From the IMG/VR virus record IMGVR_UViG_3300028920_000041, positions 32,001 through 96,000 of that record: a DNA stretch of 64,000 bases; one strand, written 5' to 3'. A program made the position numbers and the translations under genes. The notes under the pieces were generated by a model that had not been told where the DNA came from, ran no database searches, and worked only from the letters and a program-made list of their open reading frames with translations. This stretch comes from a virus. Below, one piece after another: positions 63,185 to 64,000 of the stretch (positions are counted from its first letter, which is position 1; every line of letters begins with the position of its first letter).

Positions 63185-64000
63185 ATGAGTAAACAAATCA
63201 CTCTTTGGACCGCTTCAGCAGACGGTCTTGCATACAGCTTGGATTGGGGTGCGACATGGACTGAAGTTTCTACGGCTCCCATTTTTTCAGGAGGCATTGT
63301 AAACGCGCTTTGGGGGCCACGTGACTCTTGGAAGATATATGTACTGTATGGCCCGAACTTTGGTGGCCAAGGGGGGATTTGGTACTACGACGAAACGGGT
63401 TGGCATTCTGAATTGATAGGGTTCAATACAGAGCCTATTTATTCTACTTGGCCTACTCGGCGCGGAATTTGGTGTAACGAAGACGATACGTATGTTGTTC
63501 ATGTCCACAAAGGGATCATCCGGGAAAGAGATGGTGCTCCAGGAACTTCTTGGACGGAAACTGTTGTTTATTTTCCTGGTAGCTGGTGGGAAGGATTTTA
63601 TGATGTTCATGGTAATCCCGATGGGTCTGCTGTGTATGCTGCTTATAGCGAGACACAGCTTTATAGAAAAGACCCAACCACAGGGGTTTGGGCAAGGGCA
63701 ACACTTGTACCTTCATATAGACTTCACTGTGTACGTGTAGTTAGCGATACCGAAGTTTGGATCTGTGGTCAAGGTAACACTGGCGGTCTAGGGCGTAGTG
63801 GGAACATTTGGAAGTGGGACGGTGCTACTTTAACTGAAGAGTTTGTTAAATCAGACCCCTTTGGTACTACGCGAATAACCTCACTATACATGGAGGACGA
63901 CGGATCTGCGGGTTGGGCCATTTGGCACAACAATAATGATCTTTCCTTTCTTCAGTACAACGGATCTGTCTGGTCCGAAGTTCAAGCAGCAGATTTCGGC
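63185..64000 (+). CDS. Beta-propeller (BNR/sialidase-like) virion protein, 3'-partial
   Basis: Read by hand; open to the window end (272 codons); SLDWGATW, IWYYDETGW, IWKWDG, YNGSVW blades; GAGG SD. Confidence 0.7.
   Translation, partial: MSKQITLWTASADGLAYSLDWGATWTEVSTAPIFSGGIVNALWGPRDSWKIYVLYGPNFGGQGGIWYYDETGWHSELIGFNTEPIYSTWPTRRGIWCNEDDTYVVHVHKGIIRERDGAPGTSWTETVVYFPGSWWEGFYDVHGNPDGSAVYAAYSETQLYRKDPTTGVWARATLVPSYRLHCVRVVSDTEVWICGQGNTGGLGRSGNIWKWDGATLTEEFVKSDPFGTTRITSLYMEDDGSAGWAIWHNNNDLSFLQYNGSVWSEVQAADFG

Noticed and set aside
1-64000. Stop-codon reassignment, as in some large phages
   Set aside because: Core genes (MCP, sheath, tube, TMP, gp5) are full length in the standard code and end in TAA, TAG and TGA.
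1-64000. tRNA/rRNA genes, introns, inteins, DGR
   Set aside because: No cloverleaf/TTCGAATC-type signatures in the intergenic gaps, no intein C-terminal HN motifs in core genes, and no reverse transcriptase seen. A computational scan could still find small RNAs.
1-64000. Extracellular contractile injection system or tailocin instead of a phage
   Set aside because: Presence of a gp23 capsid, prohead protease and neck genes indicates a true phage.

Overview
The window is a 64-kb segment of a large, T4-superfamily-like (gp23-type capsid) contractile-tailed bacteriophage read in the standard bacterial code. Almost all genes are on the + strand. It has four zones. (1) 1-7.5 kb: densely packed small early/middle-type genes, many Cys-rich (YkgJ-type, DnaJ-type Zn finger), plus RyR-like and vWA proteins. 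(2) About 7.5-8.05 kb: a strand-asymmetric A/C-rich non-coding spacer with short repeats. (3) 8.1-38.7 kb: an accessory/structural region in which about 20 otherwise unrelated proteins (ADP-ribosyltransferase-fold polyprotein, HExxH zincin, ParB/Srx, basic proteins and others) share one of two short acidic amphipathic peptides ending in L/I/V-x-E, the T4 gp21-type cleavage motif. A block of probable virion decoration/fibre genes (22.6-34 kb) interrupts this region. (4) 39-64 kb: prohead protease-scaffold fusion, major capsid, neck, tail terminator, sheath, tube, hub chaperone, tape measure, baseplate and fibre/spike genes. The best candidate for an undescribed system is a modular capsid-cargo addressing system, in which a shufflable targeting/cleavage peptide is grafted onto diverse effectors; DNA-level duplication of the leader supports this. 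Other notable items: a CACAAGTT-hairpin element before three structural genes including capsid and sheath, a nested scaffold start inside the protease gene, a likely +1 frameshift before the tape measure gene, two mobile beta-domains reused across virion proteins, and sigma70-promoter-driven antisense genes inside late operons. No portal, terminase, gp6-like wedge, tRNA, rRNA or CRISPR array was recognised. All family assignments come from motif recognition by eye, not from database searches.
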